Positions 18,651 to 27,460 of a stretch of DNA of 64,000 bases are shown here, piece after piece. The translations under genes and the position numbers were made by a program. The stretch's first letter is position 1. Every line of letters begins with the position of its first letter. The notes beneath the pieces were generated by a model that made no database searches, was not told the DNA's origin, and saw only the letters and a list, made by a program, of their open reading frames with translations. The DNA comes from an uncultured Verrucomicrobiae bacterium (GTDB lineage Bacteria; Verrucomicrobiota; Verrucomicrobiia; Chthoniobacterales; JAFAMB01), in contig CAVSUL010000008.1 in assembly GCA_963731325.1 (NCBI GenBank), forward strand, positions 15,101 to 79,100, given 5' to 3'.

Positions 18651-19731
18651 AAAGTACCGGTTTGTGGCTCGAATGAGGGATATGCGCACGCAAGGGGCAA
18701 CTGTTGTTCAGCTCACCAAGGTAAAGCCGCGAATCGTTCGTCGAGCTCAGTCCCGGTCGCTCATTTTGGTCGATAACAGGCCGATCCTCGAGGCGTACCG
18801 GCGCGACTTAGACCGGGCTCGTACAGAATTGAGCAAGATCGAAGGCGAGCTCGAGCGGTTCAAAGGTGTCGATTCCGAGCACTTTAAACGCTGGTTGCAC
18901 GCCGCTTTTCCCGTTGAGCTGAGCCGGGTACGCGAATTGCAGGAGGAAAGCGCGCGATTGATCAGCCGTTTGAACTTGATGCGACAATTTCAGGCGCACG
19001 GCGTAAAGAATTCCGGGCGCGCCTACGCGAGAGCGGTCCGGGTCGAAACGGGGGATGATCCGATGCCCGATTTTCCTCCGCCTCCGGTGACGGACCGATC
19101 CCATCTTTCCTCGGAATCTCAGGAGTTTTTTAAAGAGGCGATGAGAGCACTGGCCGACGACATCGGTCTGGATGCTGCTTCGGTGGAGGAAGAATTGGAA
19201 AGCGCGCTGAACGAGAAATTCGCCGGAGACGGTTCTTCTCGACCCACTCGTCAAGAGGCCCAATCCATCTACCGGCAAATTGCTCTTCGTCTGCATCCCG
19301 ATCGAGGCGGAACGATGAACGAATCCGAGGCGCAAATCTGGTATCGTGCCCAGGAGGCCTATCAATTTGATGATGTCCTGACCCTGCGCCAGCTCTGGTT
19401 GCAGATTACCCGTCATGACCCGATCGCAAAGCAACTCTCGTGTGCTGAGATGATCGCCGCTCTTTTTGAGACAGAAGCACAAACCGCCGCTTTGCACCTA
19501 TTGCGCAACTCTTTAAAACGGGAGCCAGCCTGGAATTTCTCGCGATTGACGCCCAAACAGCTTCGAGCGCGGCGGGCGCATATGGAGAAGGAAATCGCAG
19601 CACAAGAGGAGCTAGCCCGCGAAGAACTGGAAGCGTTACGTGCCGAATGCGCACGCCTGGAGGGGATACAAACCCGTTGGGAAGCGAAGCACAAGGCGAG
19701 CGCCGGGCAGCTCGATCTTTTTTCAATCTGA
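18646..19731 (+). CDS. J-domain (DnaJ-like) protein with coiled-coil regions
   Basis: HPD motif in J-domain context (..IYRQIALRLHPDRGGTMNESEAQIWYRAQEAY..). The exact start is uncertain (ATG 18646 or ATG 18673). Confidence 0.6.
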   Translation: MKKYRFVARMRDMRTQGATVVQLTKVKPRIVRRAQSRSLILVDNRPILEAYRRDLDRARTELSKIEGELERFKGVDSEHFKRWLHAAFPVELSRVRELQEESARLISRLNLMRQFQAHGVKNSGRAYARAVRVETGDDPMPDFPPPPVTDRSHLSSESQEFFKEAMRALADDIGLDAASVEEELESALNEKFAGDGSSRPTRQEAQSIYRQIALRLHPDRGGTMNESEAQIWYRAQEAYQFDDVLTLRQLWLQITRHDPIAKQLSCAEMIAALFETEAQTAALHLLRNSLKREPAWNFSRLTPKQLRARRAHMEKEIAAQEELAREELEALRAECARLEGIQTRWEAKHKASAGQLDLFSI

Positions 19732-19787
19732 CCTGCGACGAACCCACTACTCGAAGAGTTGCCGGAGTGGAGCTGCGTCATGAACCA

Positions 19788-19882
19788 ACGCGACACACGA
19801 AACGCGAAACACGACACACGAGACGCGACACACGAAACGTGAAACGCGAAACGTGAAACGCGACACGCGAAACGTGAAACGC
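19788..19882. repeat. heptamer tandem array (ACGYGAA / GAAACGY family), about 14 units
   Basis: Units read acgcgac acacgaa acgcgaa .. acgtgaa acgcgaa acgtgaa acgc. The array ends exactly at the PadR stop codon (19883-19885). Confidence 0.9.
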
Positions 19883-20572
19883 TCAGTCCCGACGCGGTTC
19901 GCCAAGTTCTTTCAGCGCTTTTTTCGCCTTGTCGAGGATCTCCATCACACGCTCCTGACGCTCCACGGAATCGCCCGCCCACCGGGCCGCGCGGAAAGTG
20001 GCTTTCACGAGCGACCCCAGCGGACCCAGCAGGGGAAAGGCTCCTGGACCGGACCAATGCCCCCAATCTTCCCAATGTTCCGCTCGCCGCCAGATGCGGG
20101 CGATATTCTCCTTTTCTCGCTCAACCTCCTCGAGTCCTTGAGCGGTTAGAGAATAGATCTTTCGTCCATCAATCTCTTCGGACTTGAGGAGCTGCTCGTC
20201 TTCCAGCTGTTGCAGGGTAGGGTAAACCGTCCCGGCGCTTGCGCGGTACAGACCGCCCGATCGCTGCTCCAGCTCTTTGATGAGCTGGTAACCGTGCTTT
20301 GGGCCTTCCTGCAGGAGGGAGAGAATCGCCAGCCGGGCCTCGCCGAACTCGAAAAAGCGCCCACGCGGACCGCCGGCAAATGAGGCGAACGGACCCCAGT
20401 CGTCCCAATGACCCCGACCTTCCCGGCCGCGATGACGCCGCATAAAATCACGGATCATCCGACCGAACTGGCGACGTCGTTCGTGGGCTTCACAGCGCCG
20501 TTCATGCCAGCCGGAAGCACAAGCGAACGCAGCTGGGCCATACTCAGAAAATCGGAACCAACCAGATTTCAT
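19883..20572 (-). CDS. PadR-family transcriptional regulator
   Basis: Winged-helix motif ..ARLAILSLLQEGPKHGYQLIKELEQRSGGLYRASAGTVYPTLQQLEDEQLL... Confidence 0.8.
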   Translation of the reverse strand: MKSGWFRFSEYGPAAFACASGWHERRCEAHERRRQFGRMIRDFMRRHRGREGRGHWDDWGPFASFAGGPRGRFFEFGEARLAILSLLQEGPKHGYQLIKELEQRSGGLYRASAGTVYPTLQQLEDEQLLKSEEIDGRKIYSLTAQGLEEVEREKENIARIWRRAEHWEDWGHWSGPGAFPLLGPLGSLVKATFRAARWAGDSVERQERVMEILDKAKKALKELGEPRRD

Positions 20573-20575
20573 ACA

Positions 20576-20589
20576 ATATCGGACGATAT
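20576..20589. promoter_or_regulatory. inverted repeat ATATCG-GA-CGATAT just upstream of PadR start (candidate operator)
   Basis: 6+2+6 palindrome located 4 nt 5' of the PadR ATG (20572, minus strand). Confidence 0.25.
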
Positions 20590-20667
20590 AACTAGCGATA
20601 GCGGCTTGTCAAATAGAGTGTTTCCCGGAGCAAGCCCAGATTTCTGGTTCTCGCGGCCAGCCAGCCG

Positions 20668-20727
20668 CCAAACGCCGCAACGCCGAAACGCCGAAACGCA
20701 AAACGCAAAACGTGAAACGCGAAACGG
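20668..20727. repeat. heptamer tandem array (GAAACGY family)
   Basis: Sequence caaacgc cgcaacg ccgaaacg ccgaaacg caaaacg caaaacg tgaaacg cgaaacg, lying between the PadR start and the binding-protein (SBP) stop. Confidence 0.85.
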
Positions 20728-20771
20728 CGTCGCCAAAACAAACTACGCTCGCACAATTCCGTCGGGCGCGA

Positions 20772-21773
20772 TCAGAATTTAAAGCTATTGACGTTCTCTG
20801 GCGTCACAATCACTGCGGGTCCCAGGATGACTTCGCCATTTTCGCCGATCGTGTACTCGCCGAGATGACCGGCCGTAAAGGTCTCGCCTTTCTTGCCAGT
20901 GATTTTCCCTTGGGCATACGCTTGCGCCGCGTAGTAAGTCAGATAGCCGAGGTCTTCCACATTCCACCAGATATCCTGGGATTCGCCGGCGAGAATGTAT
21001 TTCTTCATCAAGGTGGCAGGCGCCAGGCCGGTGAGCTTGATTTTCTTGAGCAGGCCCGCTTGCTCCAACGCGCGGGCGGCGGCCGGCAACCCGATGCCGG
21101 CCGGGATAATAATACCTTTCAGGTTCGGAAACGCTTCTGCCAAGGCGAGTGCCTGCTGCTGATTCACCTGCTCGCTCTCTTCACCGTAAGCGACCTGAAC
21201 CAGTTTCATGTTGGCAAATTTCGGGTTGCTCTTGAGGTTCTTTTTCATGAACTCGATCCACGAATTCTGATTGGTGGCAGTCGGTGTTGATGACAGTATG
21301 GCAAACTCCCCTTTGTAATCGATAAGGCCGCCCATGCTTTCGAGCATCTGTTGAGCAAGGCTGTCGGAATTAGCTTGGTTGACGAAAATACCGCGTGCGT
21401 TCTTGGCGACGTCTGAATCGAACGAGACAACTTTGACACCCTGTTGTTCTGCTCGCCTGAGCGCGGGAGCGACCGCATTCGCATCAGAACCGGCGATCGC
21501 AATGACGTCTACCTTCTGGGAAACCATATTGTTGATGAACGGTATCTGTGCGTCGCCAGTCGCGCTGGAAGGGGCTTCCTGGATCAGGGTTCCTCCAGTC
21601 TCTTTCTGGGCTTTTTCAGCTCCCAGCTTTGTGGTAGCAAAATAGGGATCGGTATCAAGTTTCGGAATAAAGCCGACAGTCGCGCCTTTTGTGGTCGGAT
21701 CCGCGCCAAGCGCAGCAGCCGCCGACAGTGCGCTGAACAGGACCATGTTGGTGAGCAGTTTGTGGGTTTTCAT
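20772..21773 (-). CDS. sugar ABC transporter periplasmic binding protein (rhamnose/AI-2-type, CUT2)
   Basis: Signal peptide MKTHKLLTNMVLFSALSAAAALG, then ..VGFIPKLDTDPYFATTKLGAEKA... The start is set at the internal ATG 21773, with aggaaa upstream. Confidence 0.8.
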   Translation of the reverse strand: MKTHKLLTNMVLFSALSAAAALGADPTTKGATVGFIPKLDTDPYFATTKLGAEKAQKETGGTLIQEAPSSATGDAQIPFINNMVSQKVDVIAIAGSDANAVAPALRRAEQQGVKVVSFDSDVAKNARGIFVNQANSDSLAQQMLESMGGLIDYKGEFAILSSTPTATNQNSWIEFMKKNLKSNPKFANMKLVQVAYGEESEQVNQQQALALAEAFPNLKGIIIPAGIGLPAAARALEQAGLLKKIKLTGLAPATLMKKYILAGESQDIWWNVEDLGYLTYYAAQAYAQGKITGKKGETFTAGHLGEYTIGENGEVILGPAVIVTPENVNSFKF

Positions 21774-21896
21774 ATTGGGGGTTTTCCTTTTTTCTATTTC
21801 ATACCGAGTGCGACTAACATCAGTCAACATTCGGAACACCGGTAACGCTGATTGCGTCAGAAAACAGACCGACAGGAGCCGGTCCAGAGCCGATCC

Positions 21897-22910
21897 CTAC
21901 CCGGCTGCTGATTCCGTTCGGACGGACAGGCTTCTGACCAGGCGCCGGGTTCGAGCGCTGTCGAGCACTTTCTGCACGCTATTGTTGAGCAGGAGGGACA
22001 AGATTAGAAGAAGACCAATGGCAACACCTTGCCCATCGCCACCTACCTGTTTGAGTCCAAGAATGTTGCGAATCGTGGCTACGAGCGCCAGCGCCCACAG
22101 TACCCCGGTGAGGTTGCCGCGTCCGCCGAAGACGCTGACTCCGCCAAGCAGAACGATCGTGATGACGTCCAACTCAAATCCGAGCGCGTTATCAGCGCGC
22201 GCATTCGATAAACGGGCAGTGAACACGATTCCGGCCACTGCGCACATAAGTCCGGAAACCACGAATAACCAGAAGCGAAGTCTTCGGACCTTGATTCCTG
22301 AATAGAGAGCCGTATCTGGATTCCCGCCGATTGCATAAATGCGTCGGCCAGTAGCGGTGCATTGGAGAACCGTTGCGAAGAGAGGGGCCGCCAAGAGAAA
22401 GGGGACGATCGTCCAGGGGATCGGGGTGGGACCGACGGTGTCGATACCGAAATTGGTCAACGCATCAGGCAATTCGTTGACCGAGTCTGCTCCCAAAAGG
22501 ATATAACCGATGCCACGAAATAATGCCATGGTGCCGAGCGTAACGACCAATGACGGTAGATTGAGTCTGGTAACGAGCGTGCCATTCAACGCACCCGCTA
22601 ATCCGCCTGCGATCAAGACAATGGGAATTGCTGCGAGAAGCGGTACCTGTGCGCGAATGAGTAAGCCGAGGATGACGCTGGTGACTGCGAGGATGCTGGC
22701 AACGGACAGATCGATTTCGCGAGCGATGATGAGCAGGACCATGGGCAGCACCAGAAGTGCTTTCTCCGACACCCCTGCGATGGCTTGCGACAAATTAAAA
22801 GCTGCCGCAAAGTGAGGTACTGAGGTAGCGGCATAGAGGTATACACCCACAAATAGCACCGCGAGAAATCCGTCCCAGTTGGCTATTCGATGGACGATTC
22901 TGCCTATCAT
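21897..22910 (-). CDS. sugar ABC transporter permease (CUT2, RhaQ/RbsC-like)
   Basis: Multi-TM protein with the ..GGVSVFGGRGNLTGVL.. permease signature. Overlaps the upstream permease by 4 nt. Confidence 0.85.
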   Translation of the reverse strand: MIGRIVHRIANWDGFLAVLFVGVYLYAATSVPHFAAAFNLSQAIAGVSEKALLVLPMVLLIIAREIDLSVASILAVTSVILGLLIRAQVPLLAAIPIVLIAGGLAGALNGTLVTRLNLPSLVVTLGTMALFRGIGYILLGADSVNELPDALTNFGIDTVGPTPIPWTIVPFLLAAPLFATVLQCTATGRRIYAIGGNPDTALYSGIKVRRLRFWLFVVSGLMCAVAGIVFTARLSNARADNALGFELDVITIVLLGGVSVFGGRGNLTGVLWALALVATIRNILGLKQVGGDGQGVAIGLLLILSLLLNNSVQKVLDSARTRRLVRSLSVRTESAAG

Positions 22911-24640
22911 ATCGGTCTCAGCCCAGGCTTTCGTTTGGATTGTCGTACGACGAATGCGTCAATGGTGATCGCCACCAGAATTACCAACCCGTAAACACCT
23001 TGTAACCAGAGTGGGTCAACGCGGATCAGAGTAAGTCCATTCCGGATCACGAGCAGGGTGATACCCCCGAGTGCAACGCCCAGGATCGTGCCGGACCCAC
23101 CACGGATCGCGACCCCGCCGACAACCACTGACGCAATCACAGTGAGTTCAAAACCAGACGCGACCCGTGCATCGATCGTCGCATAACGGGATGCCCATAA
23201 CGCGCCGTCAAAGCCGGCCAACAATCCGGCGCAGGCAAATGCGCCCAGGATTCGCCGCTGAACCCTGATGCCGATCAGCCGCGCGCCATCCGGGTTGGAG
23301 CCAATCGCGAACAACTCGCGGCCCATCGACAGGTTGCGGAGCACAAACCCGATTACAGATAAAACGGCGAGCGCGATGAGCACCACCCTTGGAATGCCGA
23401 AGTAGGATTGCGTGGTAAGATCGAGCCAGGTCTGCGGAACCTGGTCAGCGCTGATCTGCCGGCTGTGGGACACAAGACTGTCGAATCCACGAAATAAGGC
23501 GAGCGTCCCCAAGGTCACGACGATTGCAGGCACCCGCCCGAAGGTAACAACCAATCCGTTGATCAGGCCGCAAACCAAGCCAACCCCACAGGCTATAAGA
23601 AGCGCGAGCGCAATGCTCATGCCGGGATGCGAGTGCAAGGCATCCGCAGAAATGTAGGCGGCGAGCCCAATCACCGAGGCCACGGAGAGGTCGATATTGC
23701 GTGTGATCAAAACCAGCATTTGGCCTGCGGCGACGATGCTCAGTAAAGCTGCATCCATTGCCAGGGCGACAAGGTTCGAAGCGCTGATCATCCTCGGATT
23801 GATGAACGAGACCGGCAGAATCACCGTCGCCATTGCCACAATCAGCCCGATTTCGCGCCGGGCGAAAATCTTGTGAAAGATCGTGCGTCGCAAGGAATGC
23901 GTTGTCGGTTGGGCGGACGATTGAGATTCGACATGCGCCGCGGTTTCGGACGGGACGTCCTGGGGCGGCTCGTTTAAGGCAGGATTTCTCTGAACCGAAT
24001 TGGGCAGGGCGCCGGTTGCCGCGTACATGAATTTTTCCTGCGTCGCTTCGTCACGATCGAACTCGGCAGCAATGCGTCCCTCTCTCAAGACGATCAGCCG
24101 GTGGCACATGCCAAGCAGTTCTGGAAGTTCGGACGAGATCAAAATAATTGCAGCGCCTTGGCGAGCCAGGCCGGCGATCATGCCGTGGACTTCCGCCTTT
24201 GTCTGGACGTCAACACCTTGCGTGGGTTCGTCGAAGATAAACAGGCGCGGAGCGGTCGCGAGCCATTTGGACAAAACAACCTTCTGTTGGTTCCCGCCGG
24301 AAAGGGTGTTGACCGGTTGATCGAAACTGGTGAACCGCAGCCGAAGCCGATCCAGGTGCGGCCTGACCAGGTCCAGTTCGCGTTCGCGTCGGACCAGGCC
24401 GAGCCTTGTGCTTTGGTCAACCACCGGAAGTGACGCATTGGTAAGAATGGCGAATTCCATGATCAGGCTCTGACCGATTCGATCTTCCGAGACATAAGCA
24501 ATCCCGGCAATCCATGGCGTCACGGGGCGATAGAAAGGATACCGCCTGATCCTCGATGCAAATAGAGCCCCTCGAAGGTTGATCAATGCCGAAAAGGACT
24601 CGCGCGATCTCCGTTCGGCCGCTTCCCACCAGACCGCCAA
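22907..24640 (-). CDS. second ABC ATPase domain fused in-frame to a CUT2 permease (downstream part of a frameshifted gene)
   Basis: The frame contains ..IAGIAYVSEDR..LSGGNQQKVVLSKWL..LFIFDEPTQGVD..MYAATGA. A 40-aa linker with no stop follows, then a full permease (..IGLIVAMATVILP..GGVAIRGGSGTILG..). Confidence 0.7.
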   Translation of the reverse strand: MAVWWEAAERRSRESFSALINLRGALFASRIRRYPFYRPVTPWIAGIAYVSEDRIGQSLIMEFAILTNASLPVVDQSTRLGLVRRERELDLVRPHLDRLRLRFTSFDQPVNTLSGGNQQKVVLSKWLATAPRLFIFDEPTQGVDVQTKAEVHGMIAGLARQGAAIILISSELPELLGMCHRLIVLREGRIAAEFDRDEATQEKFMYAATGALPNSVQRNPALNEPPQDVPSETAAHVESQSSAQPTTHSLRRTIFHKIFARREIGLIVAMATVILPVSFINPRMISASNLVALAMDAALLSIVAAGQMLVLITRNIDLSVASVIGLAAYISADALHSHPGMSIALALLIACGVGLVCGLINGLVVTFGRVPAIVVTLGTLALFRGFDSLVSHSRQISADQVPQTWLDLTTQSYFGIPRVVLIALAVLSVIGFVLRNLSMGRELFAIGSNPDGARLIGIRVQRRILGAFACAGLLAGFDGALWASRYATIDARVASGFELTVIASVVVGGVAIRGGSGTILGVALGGITLLVIRNGLTLIRVDPLWLQGVYGLVILVAITIDAFVVRQSKRKPGLRPI

Positions 24641-25559
24641 ATCCGACGATCTCGCCGCTTTTGACCGTTAATGAAACGTCTTCAAATACCCCGGACCGCG
24701 AAAGGTGCTCCACGCGAAGAACAGTTTTGCCGAAAGCGCTCTCCAGCTTCGGGTACATCTTGGCGAGGGGTCGTCCAACCATGAGTTGTACCGCTCGATC
24801 GTGCGGCATCTCGCTGACGGGCGCTTCCGCCACCATGAAACCGTCCCGCAGGACAGCAATTCGATCAGCCACTCGATAGATTTCCTCCATCCGATGGCCG
24901 ACGAACAGCATCGCCACCTGGTGTTTTCGGAGATCATCAACCACGCCGAATAAGCGGTCTACCTCGCGTTGGGACAAAGCCGCGGTTGGTTCATCCATGA
25001 TCAGCACGCGAGCGTTGAAGGCCAGTGCTTTGGCAATCTCGACCAATTGTTGTTCAGAGGTGCGCAGCCGGTTGAGCAGCTCATCCGGCTCAACCGACAA
25101 TCCAACGACCTCGAGGAGCAGGCGTGCCTTCATTTGCATTCCGCGATGGTCGAGCCGGCCCCAGCGATCTTTGCTGGCGTGACCGATAAAAAGGTTCTCG
25201 GCGACGGACAGGTCGCCAAACAATCCCGGGTGCTGATGCATGACAGCGATCCCATGATGTTGAGCCTCCAGCGGAGACCGGAGGTCGAGCGAGCGTCCAT
25301 CGAAAATGATGTGGCCGTGGTCCGGTCGATAGACTCCCGCAAGCAGCTTGACGCAAGTACTCTTGCCGGCCCCGTTCTCGCCCAACAAGGCGAGCACTTT
25401 GCCCGGTCTCAGCTCGAAAGAAACGTCGCGAACCGCGACTGTTCCGCCGAATGATTTGGTGACATCGCGGAGAGCAGCGATCGCTCCATCAGGGTTCATA
25501 CCGATGGTACGCTGAGCTTCATCGCTTCGTTGAGTCGCGGGATCGAAGGCGGGAATCAC
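24417..25559 (-). CDS. sugar ABC transporter ATP-binding protein, first domain plus start of second (upstream part of a frameshifted gene)
   Basis: Walker A GENGAGKST, signature LRTSEQQLVEIAKAL, Walker B VLIMDEPTAAL and second Walker A GLVGSGRTE. The frame leaves the family consensus after ..SPRDAM near 24510. Confidence 0.7.
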   Translation of the reverse strand: MIPAFDPATQRSDEAQRTIGMNPDGAIAALRDVTKSFGGTVAVRDVSFELRPGKVLALLGENGAGKSTCVKLLAGVYRPDHGHIIFDGRSLDLRSPLEAQHHGIAVMHQHPGLFGDLSVAENLFIGHASKDRWGRLDHRGMQMKARLLLEVVGLSVEPDELLNRLRTSEQQLVEIAKALAFNARVLIMDEPTAALSQREVDRLFGVVDDLRKHQVAMLFVGHRMEEIYRVADRIAVLRDGFMVAEAPVSEMPHDRAVQLMVGRPLAKMYPKLESAFGKTVLRVEHLSRSGVFEDVSLTVKSGEIVGFGGLVGSGRTEIARVLFGIDQPSRGSICIEDQAVSFLSPRDAMDCRDCLCLGRSNRSEPDHGIRHSYQCVTSGG

Positions 25560-25657
25560 AAGTAGACGATTTCATAGGACATCGAGTGCTCTGCGACAAG
25601 TTCGGCGGAGCCGACGCGATGGAAAACTGCCTTTTTTGGCTTGGCCATCGCCATCGA

Positions 25658-26809
25658 CTAGTTGCGGCTGTTCAGCTCCTCTATCACGACACTTGCCAGT
25701 GCCACCGATTTGAGATTGATGTCAGGCTCCCGGTAAAAATGGTCGAGACCTGGTTCGATGACGCTGACCCCGCTCGGCAATAATTCGTCAGCCAGGAGAG
25801 TTAACCCATCATTGGGACCATATGGTCGAAGCATTCGATACCGTCCTTTCACATCGTGAGCAATGTCGCCCGAAAGGGGTGCCGCGATAAACTGAACAAT
25901 CAGAATATGCGGTGGCACCCGCATTGCATCTTGCCTCTCTCTGCTCGCGCTTGTGGTTAGTCCCGGCAAACTTCGCCAATCGATTCCTTGCGCGGAAAAC
26001 AGCATTTTTATCAGCCAGGACTGAGGCCAGCCGGTCGCACGATCGGCCAGGAGCGTTCCGCGAATTAATCCACCAACGCTGATCCACGCTTTGACGGCCG
26101 CGGTTTGCGCGGGTGGCAATACCTGTCCAAGCGCGAGCGCGGTTTCCGGTCCGCCTTTGCTGGTGCTGACCAAGATCAGTTTCGCGTCGGGTTTGCTCTC
26201 CGCGCGAATCGTGCGCGCGATGATTGCCGCGTTTTCCTGGATAGTGCCATCCTCTTTCGTGAGGATTAACTGAACTCTGAAGCCGAGCTGATGCATAAAT
26301 TGGCGTTGATAAAAGAAGTCAGCTCCGGAAGTCGGATCGCTCACGTAATGGAAGCCTGGCACAAAAAGAAAGCTGTAACGAGCAGCGCCCGGCGGAACGA
26401 TTTCCGTCCAGTTGTTTTTTCCGACAATCGCTTTAACCCGTTTTGTCTCTTGCACATAGCGGGCCTGGAGCCGGGCATTAACTTGGTTAGCCATGCATTG
26501 CTTGATGAAGAACAGCGTGGCGAAATCCGGTGAGGTCTGCCTCGATAGTTCCTGCAAGAGCGACGAGGTCAGCGGGCGTGCCTGGAAAGTTCGCTGGATC
26601 GCGACGACCCGTTGCTCGAACCTTGGGTCGGGAACGCTCCCTTGCGCCGCTCCTGCCAGAAAATACCTGGCGAGGTTTGTATCGACGGTTGTTACAATCG
26701 GCTTATCTGCCAGGTAGCCGGAGACCGGGATGCTGGGGTAGGATCCGCAGCTAGCCAACAGCAGAAAGAGCAGGGCGGTAGCTAGCTGAGGATATCCCAC
26801 CCTGCGCAT
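25658..26809 (-). CDS. putative lipoprotein, alpha/beta-hydrolase-like
   Basis: Lipobox ..LFLLLASCGS... The internal ..LILVSTSKGGPETALALG.. resembles a nucleophile elbow. No firm family assignment. Confidence 0.5.
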   Translation of the reverse strand: MRRVGYPQLATALLFLLLASCGSYPSIPVSGYLADKPIVTTVDTNLARYFLAGAAQGSVPDPRFEQRVVAIQRTFQARPLTSSLLQELSRQTSPDFATLFFIKQCMANQVNARLQARYVQETKRVKAIVGKNNWTEIVPPGAARYSFLFVPGFHYVSDPTSGADFFYQRQFMHQLGFRVQLILTKEDGTIQENAAIIARTIRAESKPDAKLILVSTSKGGPETALALGQVLPPAQTAAVKAWISVGGLIRGTLLADRATGWPQSWLIKMLFSAQGIDWRSLPGLTTSASRERQDAMRVPPHILIVQFIAAPLSGDIAHDVKGRYRMLRPYGPNDGLTLLADELLPSGVSVIEPGLDHFYREPDINLKSVALASVVIEELNSRN

Positions 26810-26873
26810 GTGATACGCCGGACGGTAGCACGGCTGTGGACCATGGGCTATTGGGTGGAGGGTGATATGGTGT

Positions 26874-26920
26874 ATCGGTCATCGGTCATCGGTCATCGGT
26901 CATCGGTCATCGGCCATCGC
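26874..26920. repeat. heptamer tandem array (ATCGGTC/CGGTCAT family)
   Basis: (atcggtc)x5, then atcggcc atcgc, in the divergent intergenic region. Confidence 0.9.
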
Positions 26921-26964
26921 TATTAGCTTTTCGCCAAGCCGTTTTTGCGATACAAAGCGTGAAA

Positions 26965-27111
26965 ATGAAAGGAAGAACGGCTTTTTGGCTCTGTTGCCTG
27001 ATTGCGGCTGCGGCTGGCAGCTCGGCTTTAGCCCGGGGCGGCGGCGGTGGAGGGGGTGGGCACATGTCATCGGAAGGGAATGACCATTACCATGGGGCTT
27101 ACCCCGGATGA
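26965..27111 (+). CDS. hypothetical small secreted Gly/His-rich peptide (48 aa)
   Basis: Product is MKGRTAFWLCCLIAAAAGSSALA|RGGGGGGGGHMSSEGNDHYHGAYPG*. The N-terminus is signal-peptide-like with an ALA cleavage-type site. It is below the ORF-track length cutoff. Confidence 0.3.
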   Translation: MKGRTAFWLCCLIAAAAGSSALARGGGGGGGGHMSSEGNDHYHGAYPG

Positions 27112-27145
27112 GGCCATGACTATTCCGGCGGTTTTTATGATTTTA

Positions 27146-27460
27146 TCACTTATGCGTACGCGGCCACACCCGATCAGACGATGAAATTTGATGCAGTCGC
27201 GGCGGAGTTTGTGGGTACTCAGGGCGCGACGGCGGCCACGAACTAGATAGTGACGAGTAGCGAGTGCCGAGCCTGTCCGCCACTCGCCCGCACTCCAAGA
27301 TGAGGAGCGGTAGGGACGAGCTCCCGACTACGGACAAGCCTTCGTCGCGTTGCCGCCGCCTACGGTCACACTCCTCGACTGCGGTACCGGTAAAAAGATC
27401 GCCACAGAGGCGCCAAATCCCATCTTCGTAATCGAGCTGTTCGAGTGGAACACGTTTCAT
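27146..27460 (-). pseudogene. remnant of a YwqK/MORN-variant-repeat-like gene running into repeat-derived sequence
   Basis: The N-terminus MKRVPLEQLDYEDGIWRLCGDLFTGTAVEE resembles MORN-variant repeat starts. The remainder is low-complexity or repeat-like (..ILECGRVADRL..). Confidence 0.25.

Noticed and set aside
18808-20075. Minus-strand ORFs 18808..19497 (229 aa) and 19413..20075 (220 aa)
   Set aside because: They are shadow frames of the J-domain gene and of the heptamer array and PadR 3' region. Part of the sequence is the direct translation of the tandem repeat (..VSRFAFHVS..).
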